Shown here: piece by piece, positions 18,277-26,870 of the stretch
How positions within the stretch are numbered: the stretch's first letter is position 1
Layout of the letters: every line of letters starts with the position of its first letter
Translations under genes and position numbers: made by a program
Notes under the pieces: generated by a model
Databases searched by the model: none
Told to the model about the DNA's origin: nothing
What the model saw: the letters and a program-made list of their open reading frames with translations, nothing else
Assembly: GCA_012798115.1 (NCBI GenBank)
Contig: JAAZNV010000006.1
Location: 19,232 to 83,231 of the forward strand
Direction: 5' to 3'
DNA length: 64,000 nucleotides
From: a candidate division WWE3 bacterium
Lineage (GTDB): Bacteria > Patescibacteriota > WWE3 > UBA101185 > UBA10185

Positions 18277-20050
18277 TTTTTATTCTAGAATCTGCCTAAA
18301 GTTAAAATTAAATAAGATTAACTTTAAAAATATTAATCCATCAAAGATAAGAAATATAGTTCTTGCTTTTTATACTATTCTCTTATTATCAACAATTTAC
18401 CATCTTGTTTATGCAAGGAGAGTAATCCCTGGGGTAAAGATTGCTGGAGTAAAAATTGGAGGAATGACTTTTGATCAAGCTAAAAAGCATCTTGAAGAAA
18501 AAGATAAGGAAACAACTAAAGATTTAAAACTTAAATATGATGAGAAAGAATTCTTGATAAGAGCAGAAGATATTGGACTTGTTTATGATTGGGATGCTTC
18601 TGTAAGCAGGGCTTTTGAGGTTGGAAGAAATGGAAACATAATTACTGATACAAAAGAAAAAATTGCAGGGTTAATGAAAAACTTAGTGGTTCCAGCCTCA
18701 TACGATTACGACGATGATTCTTTAGGTATAAAACTTTCTATAATAAGGGGAGAAGTAAATAAAGAAGCAAAACAATCTAGAGTTATCTTATCTGATGAAA
18801 ATTTGGTTGTTTCTGCTTCGGAGAAAGGAAGAAAGATAATTGAAGACGATCTATATTCTGCAGTTATTGGGTCTTTTGATAACTTGGATTTTAGTAATAA
18901 AAATGTTCCTATTAAAACTGTCAATCCTCAAATTGTAGAAAAAGATGTAAATAACTTACTTAATGAAATAGAAAAGATAGTATCTAAAGATTTAGTTTTG
19001 AAGTATGGAGATAAAACATGGACTTTAAATCAAGAACAACTCCTTGATTTAATTTCCCTTGAAAAAGATGAGAATAAAGTAAAAGTTTCTTTAAACAACG
19101 CTAAATTTGAGGCTTTGATAGAAAATATTGGCGGGGAAGTTAATGAATTACCAAGAGGTCAAGTTACCTCGTCAAATGAGAAACAAGTGTTGGAGTTTAA
19201 GATAATAAAGGAAGGAAAAGAGTTGGATGTTTCTAAATTTACTAATGATTTTAAGGCTTCTATGTTTGGAGAAAGAGTTGTTGTTAATATTCCAATGAGT
19301 AAAGTGGAAGGTCCTACAGATAAGGAAAAGTATGGGATTTATGCTCTTCTTGGGGAAGGAGTTTCTCATTATGCTGGATCTATCCCTGGAAGAATACATA
19401 ATTTAACATTGGCAGCAGAAAGAACAAATGGTGTTCTTGTTGCCCCTGGTGCTACCTACTCGATGAATAATTCCGTTGGACCAATTGATGCAGTACATGG
19501 TTTTCAAATGGCATATATAATAAAGGAAGGAAGAACTGTACTTGGAGAAGGAGGTGGTGTGTGTCAAACATCTACCACTCTTTTTAGAGCAGTCTTGAAT
19601 GCGGGTTTACCTGTTGTTGCAAGGTATCCACATGCGTATAGAGTAGGGTATTATGAGCAAGACATGCCTGCTGGTTTTGATGCAGCTGTGTTTCAACCAT
19701 CTTGGGATTTTAAGTTTAAAAATAATACTTCAGCATATATCTTGGTGCAAACCTCATGGGATGTTGATGAGAATAGTCTCACGTTTAAGTTGTATGGAAC
19801 ACCGGATGGAAGGACTGTTGAAATAACAAGTCCTGTGATTACTAATCAATCTCCTCCTCCTGAGCCTTTGTATCAAGATGACCCTACTCTTCCAGTAGGA
19901 CAGATCGTCCAAGTAGAACATCCTGCATGGGGAGCTGATGTTTCTTTTTCAAGAACTGTTAAAAAAGGGGATCAAATAATGTTCACAGATATTTTTAATA
20001 GTAGATTTCAACCTTGGAGAGCAATTTACTTAAGAGGAACTAAAAAGTAA
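18251..20050 (+). CDS. VanW family protein (membrane-anchored, with N-terminal peptidoglycan-binding-like domains).
   Basis: VanW core ...LAAERTNGVLVAPGATYSMN...GEGGGVCQTSTTLFRAVLNAGLPVVARYPHAY...; N-terminal TM. Confidence 0.8.
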   Translation: MKVKTKLGDFYSRICLKLKLNKINFKNINPSKIRNIVLAFYTILLLSTIYHLVYARRVIPGVKIAGVKIGGMTFDQAKKHLEEKDKETTKDLKLKYDEKEFLIRAEDIGLVYDWDASVSRAFEVGRNGNIITDTKEKIAGLMKNLVVPASYDYDDDSLGIKLSIIRGEVNKEAKQSRVILSDENLVVSASEKGRKIIEDDLYSAVIGSFDNLDFSNKNVPIKTVNPQIVEKDVNNLLNEIEKIVSKDLVLKYGDKTWTLNQEQLLDLISLEKDENKVKVSLNNAKFEALIENIGGEVNELPRGQVTSSNEKQVLEFKIIKEGKELDVSKFTNDFKASMFGERVVVNIPMSKVEGPTDKEKYGIYALLGEGVSHYAGSIPGRIHNLTLAAERTNGVLVAPGATYSMNNSVGPIDAVHGFQMAYIIKEGRTVLGEGGGVCQTSTTLFRAVLNAGLPVVARYPHAYRVGYYEQDMPAGFDAAVFQPSWDFKFKNNTSAYILVQTSWDVDENSLTFKLYGTPDGRTVEITSPVITNQSPPPEPLYQDDPTLPVGQIVQVEHPAWGADVSFSRTVKKGDQIMFTDIFNSRFQPWRAIYLRGTKK

Positions 20051-20473
20051 TCATTTAACTATTGTTTCTATACTTACTATTGTACCCTTGTCGTTTCCTT
20101 CTGGCGTTATCACTATGGTTATTACTTCCTTTTCTTTTTGGTAAGTTACAGTGCTTGTGTTTTCTAGAATCTTTTCGTTCACTATTTTCCATGCCTTACC
20201 ACTGTATATGTTTCTATAAAACTCTTGTATTTCTTCTTGAGTTTTATACGTTCTAAATGTTGTTTGTTTTGATTTTGGGGTTTGGTAGAAACCAATCTTT
20301 ACTGCATCAGAAGGATAAGGTACATCGTCTGTATTTATTGAAGATATTCCTTTTACTTCTTCTATTTTTCTTAATATTTTAGGTTGATATTTTTGGAAAT
20401 TAATATAACTAAGTGAAAATAAAATTAGTAAAGGTATTAGTATTAAAGTTGTTCTTTTAGAGTTTGTAGTCAC
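20051..20473 (-). CDS. Small secreted or membrane-anchored hypothetical protein (140 aa).
   Basis: N-terminal signal/TM (LILIPLLILFSLSYINF); no motif recognised. Confidence 0.4.
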   Translation of the reverse strand: MTTNSKRTTLILIPLLILFSLSYINFQKYQPKILRKIEEVKGISSINTDDVPYPSDAVKIGFYQTPKSKQTTFRTYKTQEEIQEFYRNIYSGKAWKIVNEKILENTSTVTYQKEKEVITIVITPEGNDKGTIVSIETIVK

Positions 20474-20540
20474 TAAGTAAATTATAGTGTACTTTCCATT
20501 ATGATCAAAATGAGTTTTTTGGTAGAATGTGTTGTACTAG

Positions 20541-20615
20541 GGCCCCATCGTCTAATGGTTAGGACGTCAGGTTCTCAGCCTGTAAATCCGGGTTCGACTC
20601 CCGGTGGGGTCACCA
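20541..20615 (+). tRNA. tRNA-Glu (anticodon CUC).
   Basis: Manual cloverleaf: acceptor GGCCCCA/TGGGGTC, D arm TCGTCTAATGGTTAGGAC, anticodon loop TTCTCAG, T arm CCGGG-TTCGACT-CCCGG, encoded CCA. Confidence 0.8.
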
Positions 20616-20705
20616 CTCATGCCCTGTAGTATTTGACCTCCTCATAATATTATAATATAATAAGGCTATTAATCCGTTCAAATATTGAAAGGAAGGAGCT
20701 TAAAA

Positions 20706-21047
20706 ATGGCAGATTTATATGTTGGTTTAGGGGGGATCCTCGGAGCAATCTTGCTTGCTGCACTGGCCGTTCGCCAGCTTGGTGATTTCAACTACGACCA
20801 CCCGGAGATGAAGAAAGGTGAAGTTTTTATCACCAATGCTGATGCGGAAGACCTGCACCATGTGGGGTGGAAAACCAAACGATGTGGGAAGAAAGCATAT
20901 GATGCCCATGGCAGGTGCATTTCGGAATCTTATTGGCAAGGATCATTCCCTGTATTTGTTCAGAAATCCGAGATGATTCAAGCTGGTTTTAGGATTTTCC
21001 AGATTCGCTTTCTCTGCATTCAGATTCTTGACTCCCACAAAAGATAA
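20706..21047 (+). CDS. Small membrane protein with a His/Cys-rich soluble domain, in a GC-elevated islet 3' of tRNA-Glu.
   Basis: Strong RBS (GGAAGGAG, 7 nt upstream of ATG 20706), N-terminal TM (LYVGLGGILGAILLAALAV), DLHHVGWKTKRCGKKAYDAHGRC, and a terminator directly downstream. Confidence 0.4.
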   Translation: MADLYVGLGGILGAILLAALAVRQLGDFNYDHPEMKKGEVFITNADAEDLHHVGWKTKRCGKKAYDAHGRCISESYWQGSFPVFVQKSEMIQAGFRIFQIRFLCIQILDSHKR

Positions 21048-21056
21048 CCATTGAAA

Positions 21057-21091
21057 AACTTCTCTTGTTAAAAGCAACGAGAAGTTTTTTA
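21057..21091 (+). terminator. Rho-independent terminator (stem ACTTCTC..GAGAAGT, then TTTTTT).
   Basis: Hairpin plus U-tract seen directly in the sequence, immediately after the 20706-21047 ORF. Confidence 0.5.
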
Positions 21092-21298
21092 TTCCTCAAA
21101 GTAATCAAGTGAATTACCTGAGATTTCTAGTAAATGTACTGTAGTATCATGTGCCAACTTCTAAACATTGATGTAATTTCCGACAGGCGATCCCAAACTG
21201 GTTCTTGTGGGGGCTACCAATTGGTATTCATCAGGTGAGGATTATAATTTAGCGAGTTTCACATTGTTGATATTTTTTAATGATTATACAATGACTAT

Positions 21299-21850
21299 AT
21301 GCAAGCAATAGAATTACTAGGGGAAACTCAAAAATCTTTCGAGGCACAATTATCCCCCGAGAAACAAGAGAATATAAGGGCTATAACAGCTCATGAAGGT
21401 GCTCATGCTTTTGTTTCCCTAAAATTAGGTATCCCACTTATGAAGATCGAAATGAGTATAGAAAACGATAAGCAGGCAGGGAGAATTGTTTGGAATGACT
21501 TGAAAGGTATTACAACTGAGATGAGGGGAATTTCGTATGCAGCTGGATTAGCAGGTGAATTGGTCGTATTGGGCGAGGATTATGTAAGGAACAATGGTTT
21601 CAAAGGAGTAAGAACTGATTCTAAAAGACTTAACCAGCTTGGTTACATATCACAAGAAGATAAGGCAAGGTTACTAACAGAAGCCTTAGATGTTCTTATT
21701 AGTAACAAGGATGATTTTGAGAAATTTCGCGCCACCTTAGAGAGAGAATTAATAAAAGCCTCAAGAAAAGGCACTGATAGAATACTTTTAGACAGGGATA
21801 GATTAACAGAATTAGGAATACAAAAACCAGAGAAAGAGGCACTACATTAA
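21299..21850 (+). CDS. Standalone FtsH-like M41 zinc-metallopeptidase domain protein (no AAA ATPase).
   Basis: ITAHEGAHAF (HExxH) followed by ISYAAGLAGELVVLGEDY, which parallels the FtsH protease-domain TAYHEAGHA ... LGGRAAEE..FG; only 183 aa. Confidence 0.55.
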   Translation: MQAIELLGETQKSFEAQLSPEKQENIRAITAHEGAHAFVSLKLGIPLMKIEMSIENDKQAGRIVWNDLKGITTEMRGISYAAGLAGELVVLGEDYVRNNGFKGVRTDSKRLNQLGYISQEDKARLLTEALDVLISNKDDFEKFRATLERELIKASRKGTDRILLDRDRLTELGIQKPEKEALH

Positions 21851-21941
21851 ATGCAAAATTCCTGTATTAGGAAAAACAGTTGTTAAACCTTTCACAATTG
21901 TAAGAAATTTGTAAATCTTGAAGTTTGAAGTAAACCAATTG

Positions 21942-23264
21942 TTATTGATCGGAAACAACGTACTTAAAACTTTTTAATATCTCATCCACTTTCTTCTCAA
22001 AAGATACTCCTGACATATTCTTAATAGAAATCACAAGAACGATATTACGTGAAGATCCTGGGGATATATTTACGTAAATTAAATCTTCTCCTCTCCAGGA
22101 ATATCCCTTTAACATCAATCCATTTTTATCCCCAACTTTCAAAGATTTTTCTTCAAGTTTTGGAGCTTCTCCTTTAACTACAATATAATCATCAACTAAA
22201 GTTTTCTTTTGAACTTCCATGTATGTATTAAAATCTTCATCATATGATTTATCTACAAAAATACCAATACCATCAAAATTATTCTTATCTATAAAGGTAG
22301 AAGTATCTCCAAGAACTACTATCTTTTCTGCATTCTTGGAAGCTGGGTTTGAAATTTCACAACATTCCAAGCTAAATTTTGGATGTTCAAATTGAAAACC
22401 ATAAGGTGTACTTATAAATGTTTCTAGGGGACCCCTATCTGTTTTATCTAGATAAAATTTTAAAGAACTTAAAATATCTTCTGTTTCTGCTTTATACACT
22501 TGTTTATAACCAATATCTCCTTTAACAACTTGAGCAAATTCATAATTTAAAGTTCCTTTAACTATGTAAGTTAATTTATAATCAGAGCCGCAATTAGTAA
22601 CTTCAAATGTTCTTCCTTCAATTCCGTCTATTGTTGTTTCATTAATGTCTGATAATGTTGCTGTTTGCGGACATTTTATAGTAAAGGCATCCTTTTTAAC
22701 TTGAACAATCTCATCCAATTCCCTTTGAGTAGTAATAAACGTAGAAACTTTAAAAATATAACCTTCCTTTAAATTATCTTCTGTAACACTTGCTGATGTA
22801 TCTGAAGATGGTTGCTTCTCATAAATTATCTCAAGCTTCTTTATTTGGCCATCTCCTTCTGCAGATTCTAGAAGCTTTGCTTTATCTAAATATTCAAGAG
22901 AAATAGATAAGCTATCGCTGTTATGTTGTATCTTTTTTTCAACTTGAATATCTTCTACTTTTATTTTTTTATCTTCTTCCTCTATTGTTTGAACAATAGG
23001 TTTGTTCTTTATATAACTTCTTTTATAAAAATTAACAACTATCGGAACAAGTGTTAAGAGAAGTATGGATATAATAAGAACTGTTAAAATAAACTTAAAT
23101 CTTTTCTTTTTCTTTTTTATTTCCATTTCTTTCTTTTCAATATCAATCACAGATTCAACATTTGATTTAGTATTAGGAATACTATTCAAAATAGTATCTT
23201 CTTCTTGTTGTAAAGGGATTTCTTGAGATGTTTGTTTGGAGTTAGTTATTTGTTCTTCTGGCAT
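21942..23264 (-). CDS. Membrane-anchored hypothetical protein with a large extracytoplasmic domain (440 aa).
   Basis: Charged N-terminus, KKKKKRFKFILTVLIISILLLTLVPIVV TM, then no recognisable motifs. Confidence 0.45.
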   Translation of the reverse strand: MPEEQITNSKQTSQEIPLQQEEDTILNSIPNTKSNVESVIDIEKKEMEIKKKKKRFKFILTVLIISILLLTLVPIVVNFYKRSYIKNKPIVQTIEEEDKKIKVEDIQVEKKIQHNSDSLSISLEYLDKAKLLESAEGDGQIKKLEIIYEKQPSSDTSASVTEDNLKEGYIFKVSTFITTQRELDEIVQVKKDAFTIKCPQTATLSDINETTIDGIEGRTFEVTNCGSDYKLTYIVKGTLNYEFAQVVKGDIGYKQVYKAETEDILSSLKFYLDKTDRGPLETFISTPYGFQFEHPKFSLECCEISNPASKNAEKIVVLGDTSTFIDKNNFDGIGIFVDKSYDEDFNTYMEVQKKTLVDDYIVVKGEAPKLEEKSLKVGDKNGLMLKGYSWRGEDLIYVNISPGSSRNIVLVISIKNMSGVSFEKKVDEILKSFKYVVSDQ

Positions 23265-23280
23265 ACACTAATAATAACAT

Positions 23281-23880
23281 CTAAAGGCCTAGAAGATCAG
23301 ACGCGTTCTGCATTGCAAGAAGAGACACTCGAATAAATTCTTCTGGCTTTATTCCTAGCTTTTCTTCACATTGAGTTATTTGATTTCTATCAACAGCTTT
23401 TGCAAATTCTTTTTGCTTAAACTTTTTTAGTATTGATTCTAAAGTTACATCAGATAGTTTTTTGTTTGGCATCACAAGAGCTATTGCAACTATAAATCCT
23501 GTAAGTTCATCGCAACATTCTAAAGTCCACTCAAGAATACTTTCTGGTGATTTTAAGTTAGTAAGTTTATTGTTGTGTGATTTTATTGTGTTAATTATTT
23601 CTTCTGGGACTTCATACTCCTTTAACCACTTTAAAGTTTCTAAAGTATGTTTACTTGGATCTTGGTTTGTTAACTCCCAATCTGCATCATGGAGTATTCC
23701 TGTTATTTCCCATTGTTCTTTACTTAAATTTCCTATGTTTATTCCTTTTTCCTTGTAGTAGTCATAAAAAGCAGATAATACTTTTCCTACAGCATAACAA
23801 TGCTTTCTTAAGTTTTTGTTCTGCATATGTTCATGAAGAAGATCTAATGCAGATTCTAAGGTTAATATCTCCTTGTTCAT
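23281..23880 (-). CDS. HD-domain phosphohydrolase.
   Basis: H...HD pattern (RKHCYAVGKV ... ILHDADW). Confidence 0.6.
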   Translation of the reverse strand: MNKEILTLESALDLLHEHMQNKNLRKHCYAVGKVLSAFYDYYKEKGINIGNLSKEQWEITGILHDADWELTNQDPSKHTLETLKWLKEYEVPEEIINTIKSHNNKLTNLKSPESILEWTLECCDELTGFIVAIALVMPNKKLSDVTLESILKKFKQKEFAKAVDRNQITQCEEKLGIKPEEFIRVSLLAMQNASDLLGL

Positions 23881-23886
23881 ATTTAA

Positions 23887-25383
23887 CTACGATCTAGGTT
23901 TTAACGTTGGAAATGCAACAACATCTTTTATTGCCCAGGTGTCTGTTAAGAACATAACAAGTCTGTCTATCCCAAATCCTATACCTCCAAGAGGAGGGCA
24001 TCCGTATTCTAATGCTTCAATAAATTCTTCATCCAAAGGCATTGCTTCTGCATCTCCTTCTTTCATGTTCTTTTGTTCTTTCTCAAATCTTTCTCTTTGT
24101 TCAAGTCCAGAAACAATTTCACTCCATCCATCAAATATTTCAATTCCTCCAATGTAGCCTTCAAACCTTTCCGTTCTTCCTGGTTTGCTCCTGTGAAATT
24201 TAGCAAGTGGACTTACTGAAGCAGGGTAGTCTATTACCCATGTAGGATTTGATAGCTTAGGAGTAATCTCTTTGTCATAGAGGTTAAAAAGAGCTTTGTT
24301 CTTGTCCCATGCTCCTCTTGTCTTTACTCCATGCTCTTCACAAAGTTTTTTAACTTCATCATCTGTAACTTTACCCCATTCAATCCCAAGGTATTGTTTA
24401 ACAACGTCCTCAATGGTTATTCTTTCCCATTTCTTTCCAATATCAATTTCTTTTCCTTTAACTTTTACTATACTTTTACCTGTAATTTCCTTTACTAAAT
24501 ACTTGATTAATTCTTCTGCTAAATCCATTACTTTATGATAATCAGCATATGCTTCATACCATTCAAGCATGGTAAATTCTGGGAAATGTGAGTGGTCTAT
24601 ACCTTCGTTTCTAAAGTTCTTTGCAATCTCAAATACCTTTTCATATCCCCCAACTATTAATCTTTTTAAATAAAGTTCTGGAGCTACTCTTAAGTAAAAA
24701 TCACAGTCTAAAGCATTAAAGTGAGTACTAAATGGTTTTGCGTTAGTGCCACCATATAAAGGTTGTAACACAGGGGTTTCTACTTCTTCAAATCCCTTAC
24801 TCCATAAAAACTTTCTAATATTTTGTGTGATTTTCCATCTGGCATCAATTACTTTTTTAACTTCATCATTTGTTAAAAAGTCTATATATCTTTTTCTATA
24901 TCTTTCTTCAATATCCTTGAAACCTTCCCATTTATCAGGCAATGGTCTTAAAGCTTTTGAAAGAATTCTAATTGATTTTACTTCAATAGAAATTTGTCCT
25001 GTTTTTGTTTTAGTAACTTTTCCATTTGCTTCTACAAAATCTCCTGTATCAAGCAAATTTAAATCATTAAATCCAATTTCACTATCTTTGTATTCTGGAG
25101 TAGGAAAATTTTCTTCTTTAATATAAAGCTGAATTTTTCCTGATGCGTCTTTTAAGTCTATAAAGTACAGCTTATTGTGAGATCGTATTGATGTGATTCT
25201 TCCTGAAACAACAACGTCCTCACCTTCTAGGTCATTGAACTTTTCTATAACTTCATTGTTTGTTTTTGTTCTGTGAGATTCTGCAGGATAAGGATTAACG
25301 CCAAGCTCAATAAGCTTATTTAATTTACTTATTCTAATATTTCTATATTCTTTGAGAGTTGCCATTATACTCAATTCAACCAC
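23887..25383 (-). CDS. lysS: Lysyl-tRNA synthetase, class II.
   Basis: N-terminal OB anticodon-binding domain, class II motifs (FRNEGID, GGIGFGIDRLVM). Confidence 0.92.
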   Translation of the reverse strand: MVELSIMATLKEYRNIRISKLNKLIELGVNPYPAESHRTKTNNEVIEKFNDLEGEDVVVSGRITSIRSHNKLYFIDLKDASGKIQLYIKEENFPTPEYKDSEIGFNDLNLLDTGDFVEANGKVTKTKTGQISIEVKSIRILSKALRPLPDKWEGFKDIEERYRKRYIDFLTNDEVKKVIDARWKITQNIRKFLWSKGFEEVETPVLQPLYGGTNAKPFSTHFNALDCDFYLRVAPELYLKRLIVGGYEKVFEIAKNFRNEGIDHSHFPEFTMLEWYEAYADYHKVMDLAEELIKYLVKEITGKSIVKVKGKEIDIGKKWERITIEDVVKQYLGIEWGKVTDDEVKKLCEEHGVKTRGAWDKNKALFNLYDKEITPKLSNPTWVIDYPASVSPLAKFHRSKPGRTERFEGYIGGIEIFDGWSEIVSGLEQRERFEKEQKNMKEGDAEAMPLDEEFIEALEYGCPPLGGIGFGIDRLVMFLTDTWAIKDVVAFPTLKPRS

Positions 25384-25392
25384 GAAATGGCA

Positions 25393-25863
25393 TTAATATT
25401 CAATCTTTACTACTGTGTATATTAATTTTCCAACAGGAGCTTCCACTTCTATCTTATCTCCAACTCTTTTGCCAACAAGTGCTGAGCCAAGAGGAGATTC
25501 ATTAGAAACTTTCTTTGCAATGGGATCTGCTTCAGGTGCTCCAACAATATGAAATGTATCATCAACACTATCTATGTGTACAGTTACCTTACAACCAACA
25601 TCTATATAATCTTTTTTAACTGATTCAGTAACTTTTGCATTTTTAATAATATCCTCCAATTCAGTAATTCTACCTTCCACATAAGCTTGTTCTTGCTTTG
25701 CTGAATCATATTCAGAATTTTCAGAAATATCTCCCATTTCTCGAGCTTCTTGAATTCTCTTTGCTATTTCTGGTCTTTTAACTTCAGTAAGTTCCTTAAG
25801 TTCCTTCTTTAAGTTATCAAGACCTTCTTGTGTCATTAATAAGTTGTTATTTGTTTTATCCAT
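25393..25863 (-). CDS. greA: Transcription elongation factor GreA.
   Basis: Coiled-coil N-terminus (LKKELKELTEVKRPEIAKRIQEAREMGDISENSEYD) and FKBP-like C-terminal domain. Confidence 0.9.
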   Translation of the reverse strand: MDKTNNNLLMTQEGLDNLKKELKELTEVKRPEIAKRIQEAREMGDISENSEYDSAKQEQAYVEGRITELEDIIKNAKVTESVKKDYIDVGCKVTVHIDSVDDTFHIVGAPEADPIAKKVSNESPLGSALVGKRVGDKIEVEAPVGKLIYTVVKIEY

Positions 25864-26059
25864 ATTATTTTCTTAGAGCTCTTAAACACAAAGATTTATA
25901 TTCTATAGGTGTTTGGGGCTCTAAAACTAAAAATTCCCCAGAATATCTTCGGGGACTTCACACAGACAAAGGTATTTTTATCATATATAACGTTTGGTGT
26001 CAAATTATATAAATTAAAACAAATGTTGTTGTTGCAATAAAAGTTAGTAAGATGTTTTA

Positions 26060-26617
26060 TTATTTTCTTAGTTTATTTATGTTTTCTATGCTAATCCATG
26101 CGCTAGATATGCCAAATCCTGTTTTATCTATTTCAAATGGTTCTACTGATTTGGGATTAGATAAAAACACTAATATGCAGTAGTGTTTATTTGAACAACT
26201 CTTTATCCATTCTTCGTATTTATCTTCTTTAAATCCAATTTCTTTTCCATAAAGTTTTAGAATTTCTAATATTTTACTTGGAGTAAGATTGTCAAACTGG
26301 ATAACATTACTAACTTTAGCTTTTGCAGTTACTTTTTCTCCACTGTCCTTAAACCACACTGTTTCTCCTTTTCTGATTTTGTTCCAAGGAGATATTTTAT
26401 TTACATACCATCTTGATTCTATTGTTTTTTCTCCAGACAAAATCATCTCTATGAACTTTTTCTTCTTATTCATTATTGCTAAATGATTCATGTTATTGTC
26501 CCATCCCTTATCTATCTCAAAATCTACCACAAAACCAAATTTATTCGAAATGACAATCTTGGTAATTCCATATACTCTATGGGATTCAGAAATAACATCG
26601 GGGGTAATGAAATACAT
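26060..26617 (-). CDS. ASCH-domain protein (start may be the internal Met near 26473-26491).
   Basis: FIEMILSGEKTIESR...GETVWFK resembles the ASCH beta-barrel signature. Confidence 0.5.
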   Translation of the reverse strand: MYFITPDVISESHRVYGITKIVISNKFGFVVDFEIDKGWDNNMNHLAIMNKKKKFIEMILSGEKTIESRWYVNKISPWNKIRKGETVWFKDSGEKVTAKAKVSNVIQFDNLTPSKILEILKLYGKEIGFKEDKYEEWIKSCSNKHYCILVFLSNPKSVEPFEIDKTGFGISSAWISIENINKLRK

Positions 26618-26757
26618 GAGATATGCTTTATCTTGTGGTGAAGACGAAAATAAAAGTACAAAGTATATTGCTTTATATCTACTATTTGTTGATAGTAGAA
26701 TAGTTATGGGTTTAGGAATTTGACATTTTCGATGAAAGAATGTACAAATACCTCATT

Positions 26758-26783
26758 CCCAGCTGCCGCTGGGTGTTTTGTTT
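26758..26783 (+). terminator. Terminator-like hairpin CCCAGC-tgcc-GCTGGG followed by TGTTTTGTTT, in the leader of the giant surface-protein gene.
   Basis: Seen in the sequence. Confidence 0.35.
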
Positions 26784-26838
26784 ATGAAAATGCCTGTTAG
26801 TGTAGCTAATTTAATAGGTTTATTTATTTAACTTCGGT

Positions 26839-26866
26839 GCCACAGTTTTCCTGTGGCTTTTTATAA
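26839..26866 (+). terminator. Second terminator-like hairpin GCCACAG-ttttc-CTGTGGC followed by TTTTT, ending 5 nt before ATG 26871.
   Basis: Seen in the sequence; argues the real start is ATG 26871 rather than the track GTG at 26853. Confidence 0.35.
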
Positions 26867-26870
26867 ATTT

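Noticed and set aside
20685-21060. Considered whether the GC-rich segment after tRNA-Glu is a structured ncRNA (tmRNA, RNase P RNA, SRP RNA) rather than a CDS.
   Set aside because: No tmRNA tRNA-like 3' end or tag reading frame, no RNase P P4 or SRP domain IV motifs by eye. A strong RBS, an intact 113-codon frame and a terminator favour a CDS.
26490-26723. 77-aa plus-strand ORF antisense to the ASCH gene and ahead of the giant-gene leader.
   Set aside because: Compositionally unprotein-like and overlaps the opposite-strand gene. It more likely reflects a long 5' leader than a gene.
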